From a virus: a DNA stretch of 64,000 nt. The DNA lies in the IMG/VR virus record IMGVR_UViG_3300004481_000333, positions 21,414-85,413 of that record, one strand, 5' to 3'. Shown one piece after another: positions 29,002 to 39,094 of the stretch (its first letter is position 1; each line of letters opens with the position of its first letter). The position numbers were made by a program, and so were the translations under genes. The notes beneath the pieces were generated by a model. That model had not been told where the DNA came from. It saw nothing but the letters and a program-made list of their open reading frames with translations, and ran no database searches.

Positions 29002-29445
29002 ATGGCAACCAGTAGCCGAATCCTGCCCCGGTGGAAGGGCAAAAACGACAAGATCATCTTCAGCTGGAACGATACACAGCTGGCACTTCCGGCCTTGAAG
29101 TCTTGGGACTTGGCGCCACAGGCGGAAGTCGCAGAAGACGACTACCACGACCAGGATCGCACCGATACGGTCGTGGTCTTGAAGTACTACGAACTCAACT
29201 TCGAGTACTCGCAAGAGGGACTGGAGCTCTTGGAAGTCTTCCTGGACAACCAGGAGAACGAGGATCAGAACGCGATTCCGCAAGACGGTTGGATGGGAAT
29301 TCGGATCAAGAAGAACGACGGCACAAGCGTCCGTCTTGCCGGATCCGGAATGACGCTCATGCCGTGGAAGATGGGTTCGCCAGCGCGCGCGCAGAACAAC
29401 ACGTTCAACGCGACGCTGCGGATCAAGTATCTGAAGCGCGCGTGA
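29002..29445 (+). CDS. tail tube protein
   Basis: 147 aa directly after sheath. Confidence 0.7.
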   Translation: MATSSRILPRWKGKNDKIIFSWNDTQLALPALKSWDLAPQAEVAEDDYHDQDRTDTVVVLKYYELNFEYSQEGLELLEVFLDNQENEDQNAIPQDGWMGIRIKKNDGTSVRLAGSGMTLMPWKMGSPARAQNNTFNATLRIKYLKRA

Positions 29446-29501
29446 TCAAGTAGCGAAACGACAACTGGACGGCACGTGGGGGGAAACCAAAAGGGAGCAA
29501 G

Positions 29502-29984
29502 ATGGCAAAGTTGGAAGTCGATGAGGTCAAGGGAGCGGATGGGCAGGAGTGCTACCAAGTGCACCTCACGGGGTTCGGACATTCGGGCCGAGCCGTCCAG
29601 TTTCGCGAGCTATCGGAAGACAAGATCGAAGACATCGAGCGTCGGGCCGCTGAGATCGCTGGACCCGACTCGGACATGAGGGAACTCCAGAGGACGATCC
29701 AAAGAATTGGGGCCTGCACGTTCGTAATCGCCATCACGGAGCATTCCATCATGCCGGCTCTGCCACCTGGAGCAAAGCAGGATACTTCGGGACCTCGGTA
29801 TCCAGACTGTTCCGGTACCAAGTGGGTCAAGATGACGTTCCAGCTGATGGAGAATCGTGGTGGCAATCGCCTGAAGGCCAAGGACTTGAGCGCCCTTGAT
29901 CAGCTCTACATGCACCTCCACACCGTCACGATGGGCGAGGTGCAGGACCTCATGGGAAAAGTCCAACCAGTTTCCATGGTCTGA
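29502..29984 (+). CDS. tail assembly chaperone (G); -1 frameshift product extends to 30229
   Basis: G GGA AAA at 29954-29960; -1 frame open to TGA 30227-30229. Confidence 0.8.
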   Translation: MAKLEVDEVKGADGQECYQVHLTGFGHSGRAVQFRELSEDKIEDIERRAAEIAGPDSDMRELQRTIQRIGACTFVIAITEHSIMPALPPGAKQDTSGPRYPDCSGTKWVKMTFQLMENRGGNRLKAKDLSALDQLYMHLHTVTMGEVQDLMGKVQPVSMV

Positions 29985-30200
29985 GCTGGGCCTACTGGGA
30001 GCGGCGTCTCGCGCGGCTCTCAGACCAGGTATTTCGAGCCCGCTATGGGAACATCCCGCCTCCTCCGCTTCGAACGAGCTTCGAACGCGCCGCTTTTACC
30101 TACTTTCTACGAGAGCACTTGAAGCGCGAGGTGGGAGAACGCGAAGAACCCGATACACCAGTACATCAAATCCACAGCGAACTTGACGAGCTAGACACCG

Positions 30201-31409
30201 ATGGTCGACCAGATTCCCCGCTTGGCTGACCTCAGGGGCGCGGCTTGGTGGTTCCTCTACCAAAATCGCCGTAAGGCGTACCAGCATCTCTATAGTGGCC
30301 GCTGGGGTGACGTCGTCGAAGGATGGGTCGCCCAGGCGGCCATTTGTCGTAGCCGGCTCGGCCATGAGATGCTATCGGCACGGCTACCCCTGTCGGCTGG
30401 GTCGCCGCTGCGCGATCTGGCACTCAGCGAGTTCTTTGCTGAGATCCCGTCAGGATCCACCAGGGCCGTAGGAGAAGTCATTCTGACCCGTACTGCTGGG
30501 TCGATGCCGGGTGGCATCATCCGAGCTGGACATCGGTTCCAGAAGACTGCCGACACGACCGCTCATCCACCGGTTCCGGGAGCTGAGTATACGGCTGAAG
30601 TTACGGTCTCGGTCGCACCTGCAACAATATCCGCCATCATCCCTGTCATCGCGACTGCTCCCGGTACTGAGGCCAATACGTATATCGACCTAGCAGATCC
30701 ATCAATGGAAACGGAGCTATCTCCGGCGAGTTCCAGCGACGCTTTGTTCGACACCAACTTCTCCGTCACAGGAGTACGGGCGGCAGGAGGTAGCGTATCC
30801 ATCAGTGATACCTTGATCCGTGCCATCGCGCGATCCTGCTATACAGGACGGCAAGGTCCCAATTCATGGGCAGCCGTGGCGGGTGTTTTGACGGCGGGTC
30901 GAGGTGTCGAGTGCGCGCAGTACTTTGAAGACCCCGCAAACTCACGGGGTGTCGTGTACGTAGCGGATGCCAGTTGGGCATCTTCGGACCGACTGTGCGA
31001 ACTGCTAGCCCAGGACTTGAGGGGACAGCCAGGGCGTCGGGAATGGTTAGGGTTTGGGTCGAAGGTCGATGTTTTGGGAGTTCGCAACTACTCGATCTCG
31101 ATTGTCGCAACCTTGCAGACACGAGAGGCCGTAGACGAGACTAGTATCATACCGTCCTTGGTCAAAGCGGCTCGGTACTACTTCGATGAACGTCTAGGCT
31201 GGTGGAACTACCGTACCAACACGCTTGCTGCCGCACTGTGTGCTGCTGACAGCAGGATCATCGGCTGCACGATGGTCTCGATACAAAACACGAACGGAAG
31301 TTCCACCTTTCCGCAAAATGCTAGCAAGTGGGTGCCACATGACGACGTGTGGCTTTTGCACTACCTCGTGGCGGATGACGGTATGCGCATAACGTTCGTA
31401 ACGGTCTAA
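30201..31409 (+). CDS. baseplate J-like protein, copy 1
   Basis: GEVILTR, IRAG, IPVIATAPGTEAN, AGGS..SD. Confidence 0.7.
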   Translation: MVDQIPRLADLRGAAWWFLYQNRRKAYQHLYSGRWGDVVEGWVAQAAICRSRLGHEMLSARLPLSAGSPLRDLALSEFFAEIPSGSTRAVGEVILTRTAGSMPGGIIRAGHRFQKTADTTAHPPVPGAEYTAEVTVSVAPATISAIIPVIATAPGTEANTYIDLADPSMETELSPASSSDALFDTNFSVTGVRAAGGSVSISDTLIRAIARSCYTGRQGPNSWAAVAGVLTAGRGVECAQYFEDPANSRGVVYVADASWASSDRLCELLAQDLRGQPGRREWLGFGSKVDVLGVRNYSISIVATLQTREAVDETSIIPSLVKAARYYFDERLGWWNYRTNTLAAALCAADSRIIGCTMVSIQNTNGSSTFPQNASKWVPHDDVWLLHYLVADDGMRITFVTV

Positions 31410-31417
31410 GTCGCCTC

Positions 31418-33256
31418 ATGTCGACCAAGTACATTGTCGAGATAGACCTCCGGAAGACCGGAGACTTTGGCACGCAGCAGATGGGTCATGCGGCCCGGGC
31501 GGCCTCGCATCTCGACTCCCGTATGGCGCGCCTGAAGGAGGGATGGTCCAATCTGAGGGCGGGAGCTGACAAGTTCTTGGGCATGGCGGACCGGATGGCT
31601 AACTTCGCCGTTGGGATTGGGAAGACGGCAATCATTGGGGGAACCATCGCGGCCATCGGAGGGCTGACGTATGCAGTTGCTGGACTGAACAAGGCGGCAG
31701 AGGGAGCACAGGTGGCGCTGGGAGCCATCTTCAACGCGCAGGGCATCAGCTCCAACATCGATACCGGAATCGCGCGAGCTGGCGACGTGGTGCAGCAGAT
31801 GCGGAAGGACGCGGCATCGCTACCAGGTGAATTCGAGGACCTGCGCAACATCTTCGTCACAGGTGCCATCCCGGCGTTCCAAGCAGGTCTGACCCCGGAT
31901 GCTTTCCGGAATCTTTCAAGTCAGATCATGGCTGCGGGAGCTGTAAGCCAGTTGCCGATGGACATGGTGGCGCGCGAGGCGGCGCAACTACTGAGCGGTA
32001 GATCTGGAGCACACAACGTCTTCGGTACCCGCATCATGGGCCTTACGGGAGGGGCGGCGGAAGAGTTCAACAAGCTATCTCCCGAGAAGCGAATCTCGCG
32101 CATCCAGGAGGCGATGGGGAAGTATCAGCCCGTCATCGCCAAATACGCCAACACGTTCGATGCTATGTGGACGACCGCGATCGATAACGGTAAGCAGTTT
32201 GCGCGTGTGCTATCCGAGCCGCTGTTCAACTTGGCGAAAGATGGGCTGAGCAGCCTCAACAACCTGTGGTCCGAAAACCAGCCGGCAATCGAGCGGTGGG
32301 CGGGAGTCGTGGGCCTGAGGATCCGTAACGCTTTCCAGTGGGGCTGGGACAAGATCCAAGAGTGGTGGCCAGCCGTATCGGCATTTGCCGAGAACGCGTG
32401 GACCAAGATGGCGGCCATCTGGGTGGAACTTGAGCCATACGTGGCGCGGTTTGCCAAGTGGCTGCAAGAAGCCCTGAAGGACCCCGGCACGATCGACAAG
32501 CTCATCACGCTGGCCAAAATGTACATCGGGTTTAAGCTCGCGACGGGCATCGGCGCCCCGATGGCGCAGGGCTTTATGGGACTGAACCAGATGATGGGCG
32601 GAGCGGGCGGGATGTTGGGCGGAGCCGGTGCGGCGGCAGCCCCCATGGCGTTTGGTGCCCCCATGGCCGCCACGGCACCTGCTATGTCTGCCATCCTTGC
32701 ACTTGGCGGCGTGGCGGCGGCGGCCTGGCAGTTCAGTGAGCTCTTGAACGACTTGGCACAAGAGGAAAAGAAGAACGCGGAGGCGACGGCCGAATGGGCG
32801 GACCGCATGGTGTCGGCATACACGTCCGAGGAGGAGCTGATTCTGGGAGTCACGGCGTCATTCCAGGATCTTGATATCGCGACCAGCGAACTCAAAACGT
32901 CCATGCTGGGCGCGGCCGCAGCGGCGGCCGATGTCAGGCTCTTCAACGAAAACGTGGTGAAGCCGGACCGGGAACGCCGGGCAGAACAGCTTTGGGGAGG
33001 ATTCGATCTGGTTGCCGAGAGCGCGAAAGTTTTGGCAGATACCATGGCCGAGACGGCCCAAAAACCAAAGAAGGGTGGCGTCAAGCATCCAGGAGGAGGG
33101 GGTGGCACTAGCATTGCCAAGGTCGAGATCGTAGTCACGTCGAACCATAACCCGAACCGAATCGCCCGCACGGTGGTTGACGAGCTTGGACGGATATCGC
33201 GCATCAAGCACTACAGTCCTGGCGCCACCAACTATGCGGCAGGTCGACCTACATGA
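31418..33256 (+). CDS. tape measure protein
   Basis: 612 aa Ala/Gly helical with periodic Trp; SLPGEFEDL. Confidence 0.85.
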   Translation: MSTKYIVEIDLRKTGDFGTQQMGHAARAASHLDSRMARLKEGWSNLRAGADKFLGMADRMANFAVGIGKTAIIGGTIAAIGGLTYAVAGLNKAAEGAQVALGAIFNAQGISSNIDTGIARAGDVVQQMRKDAASLPGEFEDLRNIFVTGAIPAFQAGLTPDAFRNLSSQIMAAGAVSQLPMDMVAREAAQLLSGRSGAHNVFGTRIMGLTGGAAEEFNKLSPEKRISRIQEAMGKYQPVIAKYANTFDAMWTTAIDNGKQFARVLSEPLFNLAKDGLSSLNNLWSENQPAIERWAGVVGLRIRNAFQWGWDKIQEWWPAVSAFAENAWTKMAAIWVELEPYVARFAKWLQEALKDPGTIDKLITLAKMYIGFKLATGIGAPMAQGFMGLNQMMGGAGGMLGGAGAAAAPMAFGAPMAATAPAMSAILALGGVAAAAWQFSELLNDLAQEEKKNAEATAEWADRMVSAYTSEEELILGVTASFQDLDIATSELKTSMLGAAAAAADVRLFNENVVKPDRERRAEQLWGGFDLVAESAKVLADTMAETAQKPKKGGVKHPGGGGGTSIAKVEIVVTSNHNPNRIARTVVDELGRISRIKHYSPGATNYAAGRPT

Positions 33257-34320
33257 CGTCCCTGACGGAGAAGTTCGACGAGTCGGGCCGGAGTGCCAAG
33301 TGGTCGTTTCGGCAGCTGGGAGGCCCCAAGAAGACGCTGGAACTCTTCGGGCGCTTCGGACCCCTGGGTCGAGCCAGGCGTGGCACGGTCGTGAAAGATG
33401 GGATGCGTGTCGCACAGGAACGCGTCTTCTTCTCTGGCGATACGCCCCCGACCAGAAGCGAATTCGGGTTGCGGTTTGACGACTACGAAATTCATGGACG
33501 ATGGTCGGACCGCTACCTCGGTACCGGGGTCGCGATTGCGAAGTGCCGAGAGGTCAAGACATTCGTTGCGGATCGGCAGGAGTTGTTGATCAGCTGGGGC
33601 GATATCGTGTCGGCTCACGGCTATATCGAGCAATTCTTGCCAGAACGCGAGGGACGTGGAGAGATCCCTTGGTCGATGGTGCTCAACATCGATTGGGACA
33701 ACCAAGTGGGTAGGATGCCCACCGACATCCCAGACGAACGGCAACCCCGGGACTTCATGGCGGAGATCCGAAAGGCGCTGGATGAGAAGACGGCCAAGAT
33801 GGCGAACTTCCCACCGACCCTGAAGGGCTCGATCGCGGACTTCATCAACGGCGTACTGGGTAGCCTGAATGGCGTCTCGAGTTCACTGGCAAATGCGGCG
33901 GACCAGATCAACGATCTGGCAAACGCGCCTTTTGCTGCCCTGCGGGGACTCCGTGCGGCGATTGGGCAGTTCAGAACCGTGCTGGTGAAGCTGCACACGA
34001 CCTATGATGACTTCGAAGCCAACTTCGCCCTGGAGGTAGAACGCGCCGACGACGTGCAGTCGTTCCTGGGATTCAAGGCAGACTTCAGTGATGGTTGCTA
34101 CCGAGCACTGGCGGTTCTGGCCGAGATGGATCGCCAGGCCGCCCTGGCGGAGCGCGGAAACATCAAGCAGCTGTACGAGGCGCGAGAAGGCGACACGTGG
34201 GAATCCATCGCGGCCTCGACGTTGGGATCCTCAGAACGGGCAAAGGACATCCGGGAGGCGAATGGGCTCGAGTCTGGACAGCCCCCGATTGTCGGTACGA
34301 CCTACGTCATTCCGAGGTGA
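33253..34320 (+). CDS. tail tube initiator with C-terminal LysM-like domain
   Basis: REGDTWESIA...IREANGL...GTTYVIP. Confidence 0.8.
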   Translation: MTSLTEKFDESGRSAKWSFRQLGGPKKTLELFGRFGPLGRARRGTVVKDGMRVAQERVFFSGDTPPTRSEFGLRFDDYEIHGRWSDRYLGTGVAIAKCREVKTFVADRQELLISWGDIVSAHGYIEQFLPEREGRGEIPWSMVLNIDWDNQVGRMPTDIPDERQPRDFMAEIRKALDEKTAKMANFPPTLKGSIADFINGVLGSLNGVSSSLANAADQINDLANAPFAALRGLRAAIGQFRTVLVKLHTTYDDFEANFALEVERADDVQSFLGFKADFSDGCYRALAVLAEMDRQAALAERGNIKQLYEAREGDTWESIAASTLGSSERAKDIREANGLESGQPPIVGTTYVIPR

Positions 34321-34323
34321 TGC

Positions 34324-35700
34324 GTGACGATCCAGCGTCCTCGGATGCTCGCCACTCTGTCGGTACCAGTTCTTGGTACACGGGAGCAGAGAATCGGGCA
34401 GGCAGCATCGACCGAAGAGCAAACCATGACGGTTCGGCCCAAGGAAATCACCTTGGAACGCACGGACCACAACACGTCTGACGAGTTGTCTATCACGCTC
34501 GACTGGGCGGAATGCGGTATCGATGCCCGCCTACTCGATAACGCGCGGGTCACGCTCTACCTCGGGCAAGCCAACGAGTTCAACGTCTGGAAGCCGGGTC
34601 CCGACCACTGCCTATTCATCGGTCTGGTGAAACTGCCAGAAAGCACTCGTGAAGCCGAGACCCCTGGCGAGATGAAACTCGAGGCCGTGGACTACACGAC
34701 GCTGTTCATCAACGCCAAGCCGTTTGGCAGCAGTGGCGTACCCCTCTACAGCGACACCCTGCGGGGAGCCTGGAAGCGCGTCTGCTCCCAGACGCCGGGG
34801 GCCGACATTCTGGCGGAGCGCTTGGTGGGTAAAGACGTCGATCTGGGAACGCAGGTCGGAAAAGGCGTGGCGGAACGCTTCCGGAAGCTCGGGAAGATCA
34901 CGACTAAGCCAGATGATGACGCCTGGGCGGTGTGGCAACGATGCGTCGGCATGTTGGGACTAGTGAGCTGGATCGATCTGGACCAGTGCATCATCAGTAC
35001 CGCCACCAACCTCTACACGGAAGAGGACCCGCCAAAGCTCATCTGGGCACGTAACTGCACGACCTGGAACGAACGCCGGGGTGACTACTTCTCCCACAAG
35101 GGGGTTGCGGTTACGAGCTACGACCCATTGACGGCAACGGTCAAGGAATCGTTCTACCCACCCATCGGGGACCCGAGAACCAAGCGGAAGTCCCTGAAGG
35201 CGCTGCCGGTCAAGAAAAAGGCCAGCGAAGCCAAGGCGCTGCAAAACGAGGACCGTGAGTGGCTGTCGATCCCGGGCGTCACGGAACAGGCAGAGCTTGA
35301 CGTCATCGCTCAGCGCGTCTGGGAAGAGAGAAGCCGGCAAGAACTCTCGGGTCATGTCGAGACGCCTAACATGGAGACCGAAACCATGGCAGGCGCGCCG
35401 TTTGACCTCCTGCGGCTCAAGGCAGGGGATTCGATTTCGGTATCAATTGAAGGACAGGACCGAGCCCTGTTGGCTCGGATGCCCATGGACGAACGGATTC
35501 AGTTTCTCCGGGAGCGCGGATATCAGGAAGACGTGACACGTCTCATTGCGTCCAATGCCGGCATCATCGCCGGCCTTCCATCAGTCTTCATCACCAAGAC
35601 GGTTCGGATCAACATGACGGTCAGTCGCGAGATGCCGCACTTTAGCATCGGGATCGACTACGTGAACCGGATATCGATCGATGGGAGTGCGAACCCATGA
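34324..35700 (+). CDS. baseplate hub (gpD-like)
   Basis: LFIGLV, LEAVDYT; synteny. Confidence 0.75.
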   Translation: MTIQRPRMLATLSVPVLGTREQRIGQAASTEEQTMTVRPKEITLERTDHNTSDELSITLDWAECGIDARLLDNARVTLYLGQANEFNVWKPGPDHCLFIGLVKLPESTREAETPGEMKLEAVDYTTLFINAKPFGSSGVPLYSDTLRGAWKRVCSQTPGADILAERLVGKDVDLGTQVGKGVAERFRKLGKITTKPDDDAWAVWQRCVGMLGLVSWIDLDQCIISTATNLYTEEDPPKLIWARNCTTWNERRGDYFSHKGVAVTSYDPLTATVKESFYPPIGDPRTKRKSLKALPVKKKASEAKALQNEDREWLSIPGVTEQAELDVIAQRVWEERSRQELSGHVETPNMETETMAGAPFDLLRLKAGDSISVSIEGQDRALLARMPMDERIQFLRERGYQEDVTRLIASNAGIIAGLPSVFITKTVRINMTVSREMPHFSIGIDYVNRISIDGSANP

Positions 35701-36524
35701 CGTTGGTGGAGCAACTGAGGCGCGTCATCGAGGCCTTCATGCCTGCCCCTCCCCCGACCGGTAGCTTGGAGCTCGGAACTGTGGGGTGGGAGGATGGCAA
35801 GGACCACTACGACCTCGTGGGGGGACAGCCAACCCTCGTCAAAGTGACGCTCTGGCGCGGCGCGACTCCGGGGTCCGGCAAGGCCCGGACGAACGGCAGG
35901 GCCGGTGGAACCCAAGTGCTGTGCCGTGTGAGTCGGCCTCTGAACTTCATCCCAGAGGACGGTAGCGAGGTCATGGTGGCGTTGCCGGCAGGATACGAAA
36001 CGACTCCAGGGGCCGGGTTCATCCAGAACGTTACGGCGCCAGCGCCCGAGATCCAGCATTCCGAGACCAAGGCCAAGATGGAGTTTGGTCCCGAGGTCGA
36101 CCTCGTCATCAAGGCAAGGTCCGTCACGATCTCGGACTATCAGGACCGCTACATCACGGTCGGACCCGACTACGGGATCAAGGGGGGAGCGGGGCAGACG
36201 GCATCTGGTACCCGTCAGGACCTCAGCGGCTTCTGCCTGAAGGACGGCAAGTGGCAGTTCTACGTGGCGGACGCGGATGGCTACACGGTCTCGGCTCTTC
36301 AGCTGGCCCAAGAGGCGACGCTCATCTGCAATGTCGCAGATGACGGCAAGCAGGTGAAGATCAAGCTTGCTGGCGGGGACTCGACCTATATGTGCGCCGG
36401 AAAGTTCATGGCGCTTTACGCCACCGGACTCTTGGGGAACCCCGCGGGATTGCCGGCAGCCGTCATGGCGGGAGGGGTCCCGGTGCCATCCACAAACACC
36501 TTCATTGCCGGAGTGGCGCCCTAG
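35697..36524 (+). CDS. baseplate spike (gpV-like)
   Basis: FIPEDGSEVMV OB-fold motif. Confidence 0.7.
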   Translation: MTLVEQLRRVIEAFMPAPPPTGSLELGTVGWEDGKDHYDLVGGQPTLVKVTLWRGATPGSGKARTNGRAGGTQVLCRVSRPLNFIPEDGSEVMVALPAGYETTPGAGFIQNVTAPAPEIQHSETKAKMEFGPEVDLVIKARSVTISDYQDRYITVGPDYGIKGGAGQTASGTRQDLSGFCLKDGKWQFYVADADGYTVSALQLAQEATLICNVADDGKQVKIKLAGGDSTYMCAGKFMALYATGLLGNPAGLPAAVMAGGVPVPSTNTFIAGVAP

Positions 36525-36525
36525 C

Positions 36526-36708
36526 ATGTACGTCTACCCGCCCGCTCCACCCAAGCCTCCGGCACCACCCACCAGCATCGAGGTTGGCCTCTGCACCTTC
36601 CCCCTGCCGCCCCTGCCATTTGAGCTGCCGAGCCTCGTGTTGGAGCTACCGATCCCGGATTTGACGTGGCTGTTCGAGATCGATCCCTCATGCCCGCTCA
36701 ACGGCTAA
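36526..36708 (+). CDS. small Pro-rich protein
   Basis: After spike; LCTFPLP...CPL. Confidence 0.55.
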   Translation: MYVYPPAPPKPPAPPTSIEVGLCTFPLPPLPFELPSLVLELPIPDLTWLFEIDPSCPLNG

Positions 36709-37244
36709 GCGGCCGGGCAGCTGTCGACACAGGTCCAGCCGGACGCTGGGTCGGAACACACGGACTGCCAAGTTGACGCTACCGACTGCTGGGCACGTGA
36801 GCACGTGCATTGCCCGGTAGGGATCTGGTAGCAGGACCAGACGGATGGCTCGGTGCCGATCATGGGCAACTGGGTCGCGGGCGCGCAGATGTTGACCAGA
36901 CGCCAGGTTCCTCGATCCGACACGCCACCAGGGGCATAGAGATCCAGGAAGGCACGGCAGTCTGGGACGCCCGAGATGGCGAGCGGCTGGCACACGCAGT
37001 ACACGTCTCCCGTTTCGACTGCCTGCTCGACGCAACAGTCGGTGGGGATCGGTGGAGCGGCCGGAGTCGGTTCCGTGACGTCGGAAGGATCCGGATCCGT
37101 GATGTCACCTCCATCCCCAGTTCCCGCGCCCTGGACGAGCCAGGAAGAGGGCTCGGGACCCACGTCGGGCATCTCCCCGTCCGAGCAGGACGCGAGCGTG
37201 AGGGTCAAGAGGGGAGAGAGCCAGTAGGGTTTCGAATGGGCCAT
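36705..37244 (-). CDS. Cys-rich lipoprotein, antisense moron
   Basis: Signal peptide and LASC lipobox; 12 further Cys. Confidence 0.7.
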   Translation of the reverse strand: MAHSKPYWLSPLLTLTLASCSDGEMPDVGPEPSSWLVQGAGTGDGGDITDPDPSDVTEPTPAAPPIPTDCCVEQAVETGDVYCVCQPLAISGVPDCRAFLDLYAPGGVSDRGTWRLVNICAPATQLPMIGTEPSVWSCYQIPTGQCTCSRAQQSVASTWQSVCSDPASGWTCVDSCPAA

Positions 37245-37296
37245 GAGTTCAAGATTACCATCTTGAGGCCGGCCCGCAAGCTGAACGGTTGAACAG

Positions 37297-37971
37297 ATGG
37301 CCTACATCCGCACCATTGAAGTCCGGTCTCCGACCAGGATCCGGGTCTTTTGGGAGGGGTCCAGCGGGCTTCCCAACCTTGCGAGCGAATACCAGGTAGT
37401 TTCTTTGGACGACCGGGGTACCTCGCCGCCCGTCGTGGCGGTCGTGCTCATCACGTCCGACGCGACGCAACGCGAAATCGTGTTGGGAGTCCGGCTGGTA
37501 GGTGGGGCCCGGTACCGCCTTGACTCCAGCGCGTCCACCCGCATTTTCATGGCCCCCGAGGCCCGGCCATCGGTTTCGCTTTCCCGTGGATCCAACGCGT
37601 GGGATCGAGAGTTCTATCAGGTCGACCTCGACCTGGACGACGACCTGCATGAAGATCCGTCGGGAGATCTGGCCACCATTGCGGGCCGTCCCAACGTAGA
37701 CCGAGCCGTGATCCGGCAGTGCCTATGGGATGGTCTTCCCTGGGATCAGACGTGGGGCGCGCAGCTGAGTGAATTCATCGACGGACCGACACCCATCTTG
37801 GTGAACGTCACGGCCGCCATCACGCGCCAACTGGGTCGCGATGACCGCATCATGTCCAGCACGGTTGCACCCGATACCAGTCAGGCATCATCGGGTGTCG
37901 TGACGCTCAACGTGAGCCCCGTCTACGGGACGGGTGAACGCAGTTCTGTAGAGGTACCCTTTGCCGAGTGA
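37297..37971 (+). CDS. baseplate wedge (gp25/W-like C-terminal domain)
   Basis: SGDLATIAG..NV, WGAQL, DDRI. Confidence 0.75.
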   Translation: MAYIRTIEVRSPTRIRVFWEGSSGLPNLASEYQVVSLDDRGTSPPVVAVVLITSDATQREIVLGVRLVGGARYRLDSSASTRIFMAPEARPSVSLSRGSNAWDREFYQVDLDLDDDLHEDPSGDLATIAGRPNVDRAVIRQCLWDGLPWDQTWGAQLSEFIDGPTPILVNVTAAITRQLGRDDRIMSSTVAPDTSQASSGVVTLNVSPVYGTGERSSVEVPFAE

Positions 37972-39094
37972 TCGAGAACTCCCAACCCTGGACGACCTCC
38001 GGGCAGTGTTCCGCGGGGCCGTGGCGTCGAGGGAACTAGGGGAATGCGCGGACACGCACACGGGGGCCATTTACGACTGCATGGCCGGCATGGGCGCCAT
38101 GGTGTGGCGCGCAATTGCGGAAAGGGACCAAGCGGCGTTCCGTACCGTCTATTTGGATGGTGCGAAAGAAGACTACCTGGATGTTCGCGCCCTGAGTCGC
38201 TTGGGCGCCACAAGGATTGAATCCGTTCCCGGAACCGGAGAGGTTTGGATCGAAAGAGCTGGACTGACGGAGGGAACGATCTGGAAGGGTACGAGAATCG
38301 CACTCTCTATTGCTGGAGGAGAGATCCAATACTTTGAGGCATCCTCGGACTACGAGGTTCTGGCAAACGTGGTCGAAGTGAAACTGCCTATCCAGCAGGC
38401 AACGGCGGGGCAGTGTGGAGAGGTTGATCTTTCGGAATCCGAATGCACGATCCTAAGGATCGATGACCCGCTATGGGACACGTGGAACGTGACGTACATC
38501 GCGTGTTCGGCTGGTACGGTCTACGAACAGGATCGGGACTACCTGGCGCGAGGGAGGGCAGATGTGTTGGATGCTCGTGTTGGATTCCCGTCCGCAATCG
38601 AGCAAGCATGTCGGGATGCGGGAGCGGCGCGAGTGGTGCTGTTCGCCCCAGACTTTGGGGGAATCGATACCGGCCTGAGTAATGTGGTCGTGGGAGACTC
38701 CGGAGGAAGCACACCAGACGGACTCTTGAGTGCGTGCCGGTTAGCGCTCGCACAAACGGCTATCCTGGGAGTCAATGCCCAAATTTTGCCTATGACGCGG
38801 CAAGCGGTCGCGATCCAAATCACCGTCAGCCTCTGGACTGCCACGGCTGAGCAAGCACAGATCGCCTCCGACGTTCGGAGCTCAGTCCTGGCCTACTTCG
38901 AAACCCGCCAGAACCCGTTTTTGTGGACCTACTCGGGGATCCGCACGGCGGCTTTCAAGGCTCTACGAAACGTGCATGAAATCGTGGTCACAGGTACGGC
39001 TGAGCCAAGCGAGGCTACGCTGTTGGTTGCGCCCGTGATCGAGTGGGAAGCATTGGAATCAGGAATCGTGGTCCTGTTGGAGTTGGCGGCATGA
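37961..39094 (+). CDS. baseplate J-like protein, copy 2
   Basis: AKEDYLD, IWKGTRI, AGTVYEQD..Y. Confidence 0.8.
   Translation: MPSDRELPTLDDLRAVFRGAVASRELGECADTHTGAIYDCMAGMGAMVWRAIAERDQAAFRTVYLDGAKEDYLDVRALSRLGATRIESVPGTGEVWIERAGLTEGTIWKGTRIALSIAGGEIQYFEASSDYEVLANVVEVKLPIQQATAGQCGEVDLSESECTILRIDDPLWDTWNVTYIACSAGTVYEQDRDYLARGRADVLDARVGFPSAIEQACRDAGAARVVLFAPDFGGIDTGLSNVVVGDSGGSTPDGLLSACRLALAQTAILGVNAQILPMTRQAVAIQITVSLWTATAEQAQIASDVRSSVLAYFETRQNPFLWTYSGIRTAAFKALRNVHEIVVTGTAEPSEATLLVAPVIEWEALESGIVVLLELAA

Noticed and set aside
32125-33207. 360-aa antisense ORF
   Set aside because: Shadow of the tape measure gene in GC-rich DNA
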